Shown here: positions 63,910 through 64,000 of the stretch, one piece after another
How the letters are laid out: every line of letters begins with the position of its first letter
Numbering within the stretch: the stretch's first letter is position 1
From: Sulfolobales archaeon
GTDB taxonomy: Archaea > Thermoproteota > Thermoprotei_A > Sulfolobales > AG1
Length of the DNA: 64,000 nt
NCBI GenBank assembly: GCA_038867615.1
Contig: JAWBYA010000003.1
Coordinates: 32,001-96,000 of the forward strand
Reading direction: 5' to 3'
The notes under the pieces: generated by a model
The model's database searches: none
The model's input: only the letters and a program-made list of their open reading frames with translations
What the model was told of the DNA's origin: nothing
Translations under genes and position numbers: made by a program

Positions 63910-64000
63910 GAGCATCAATGCTAGTTCGTTAGGGCATTTAGACTATCGAGTAGGATCGGCTGGCCATAACTGTCTATTCCATATAATTCCCTTTAGATAT

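Overview
Chromosomal segment of a hyperthermophilic crenarchaeon (Thermoprotei; Cren7, archaeal-type RibC and ThrRS, intron-containing tRNAs, archaeal SRP RNA). It is mostly housekeeping: cbf5/fibrillarin/nop5, nucS, thrS, lysS, argS, argGH, ribBCH, rpl3-4-23-2, xpf and three tRNAs. Features missed by or hidden in the ORF track: (1) a type IV pilus operon that continues into an ~800-aa unknown protein and an apparently split VirB4/HerA-like ATPase; it shares an upstream ANTTTCRCCCMACCC motif with a separate TFB3-like + HerA/VirB4-like ATPase operon, making it a candidate DNA-damage-inducible DNA-transfer system; (2) a 51-aa micro-protein with 40 Glu; (3) a tandem H/ACA + C/D guide RNA; (4) a B12-dependent acyl-CoA mutase with isobutyryl-CoA-mutase-type residues; (5) two near-identical structured TnpB/omegaRNA-like elements and a third MITE-like element; (6) several genes that seem to start at ACG, CTG or ATA. 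All family assignments come from motif recognition by eye, not database searches.
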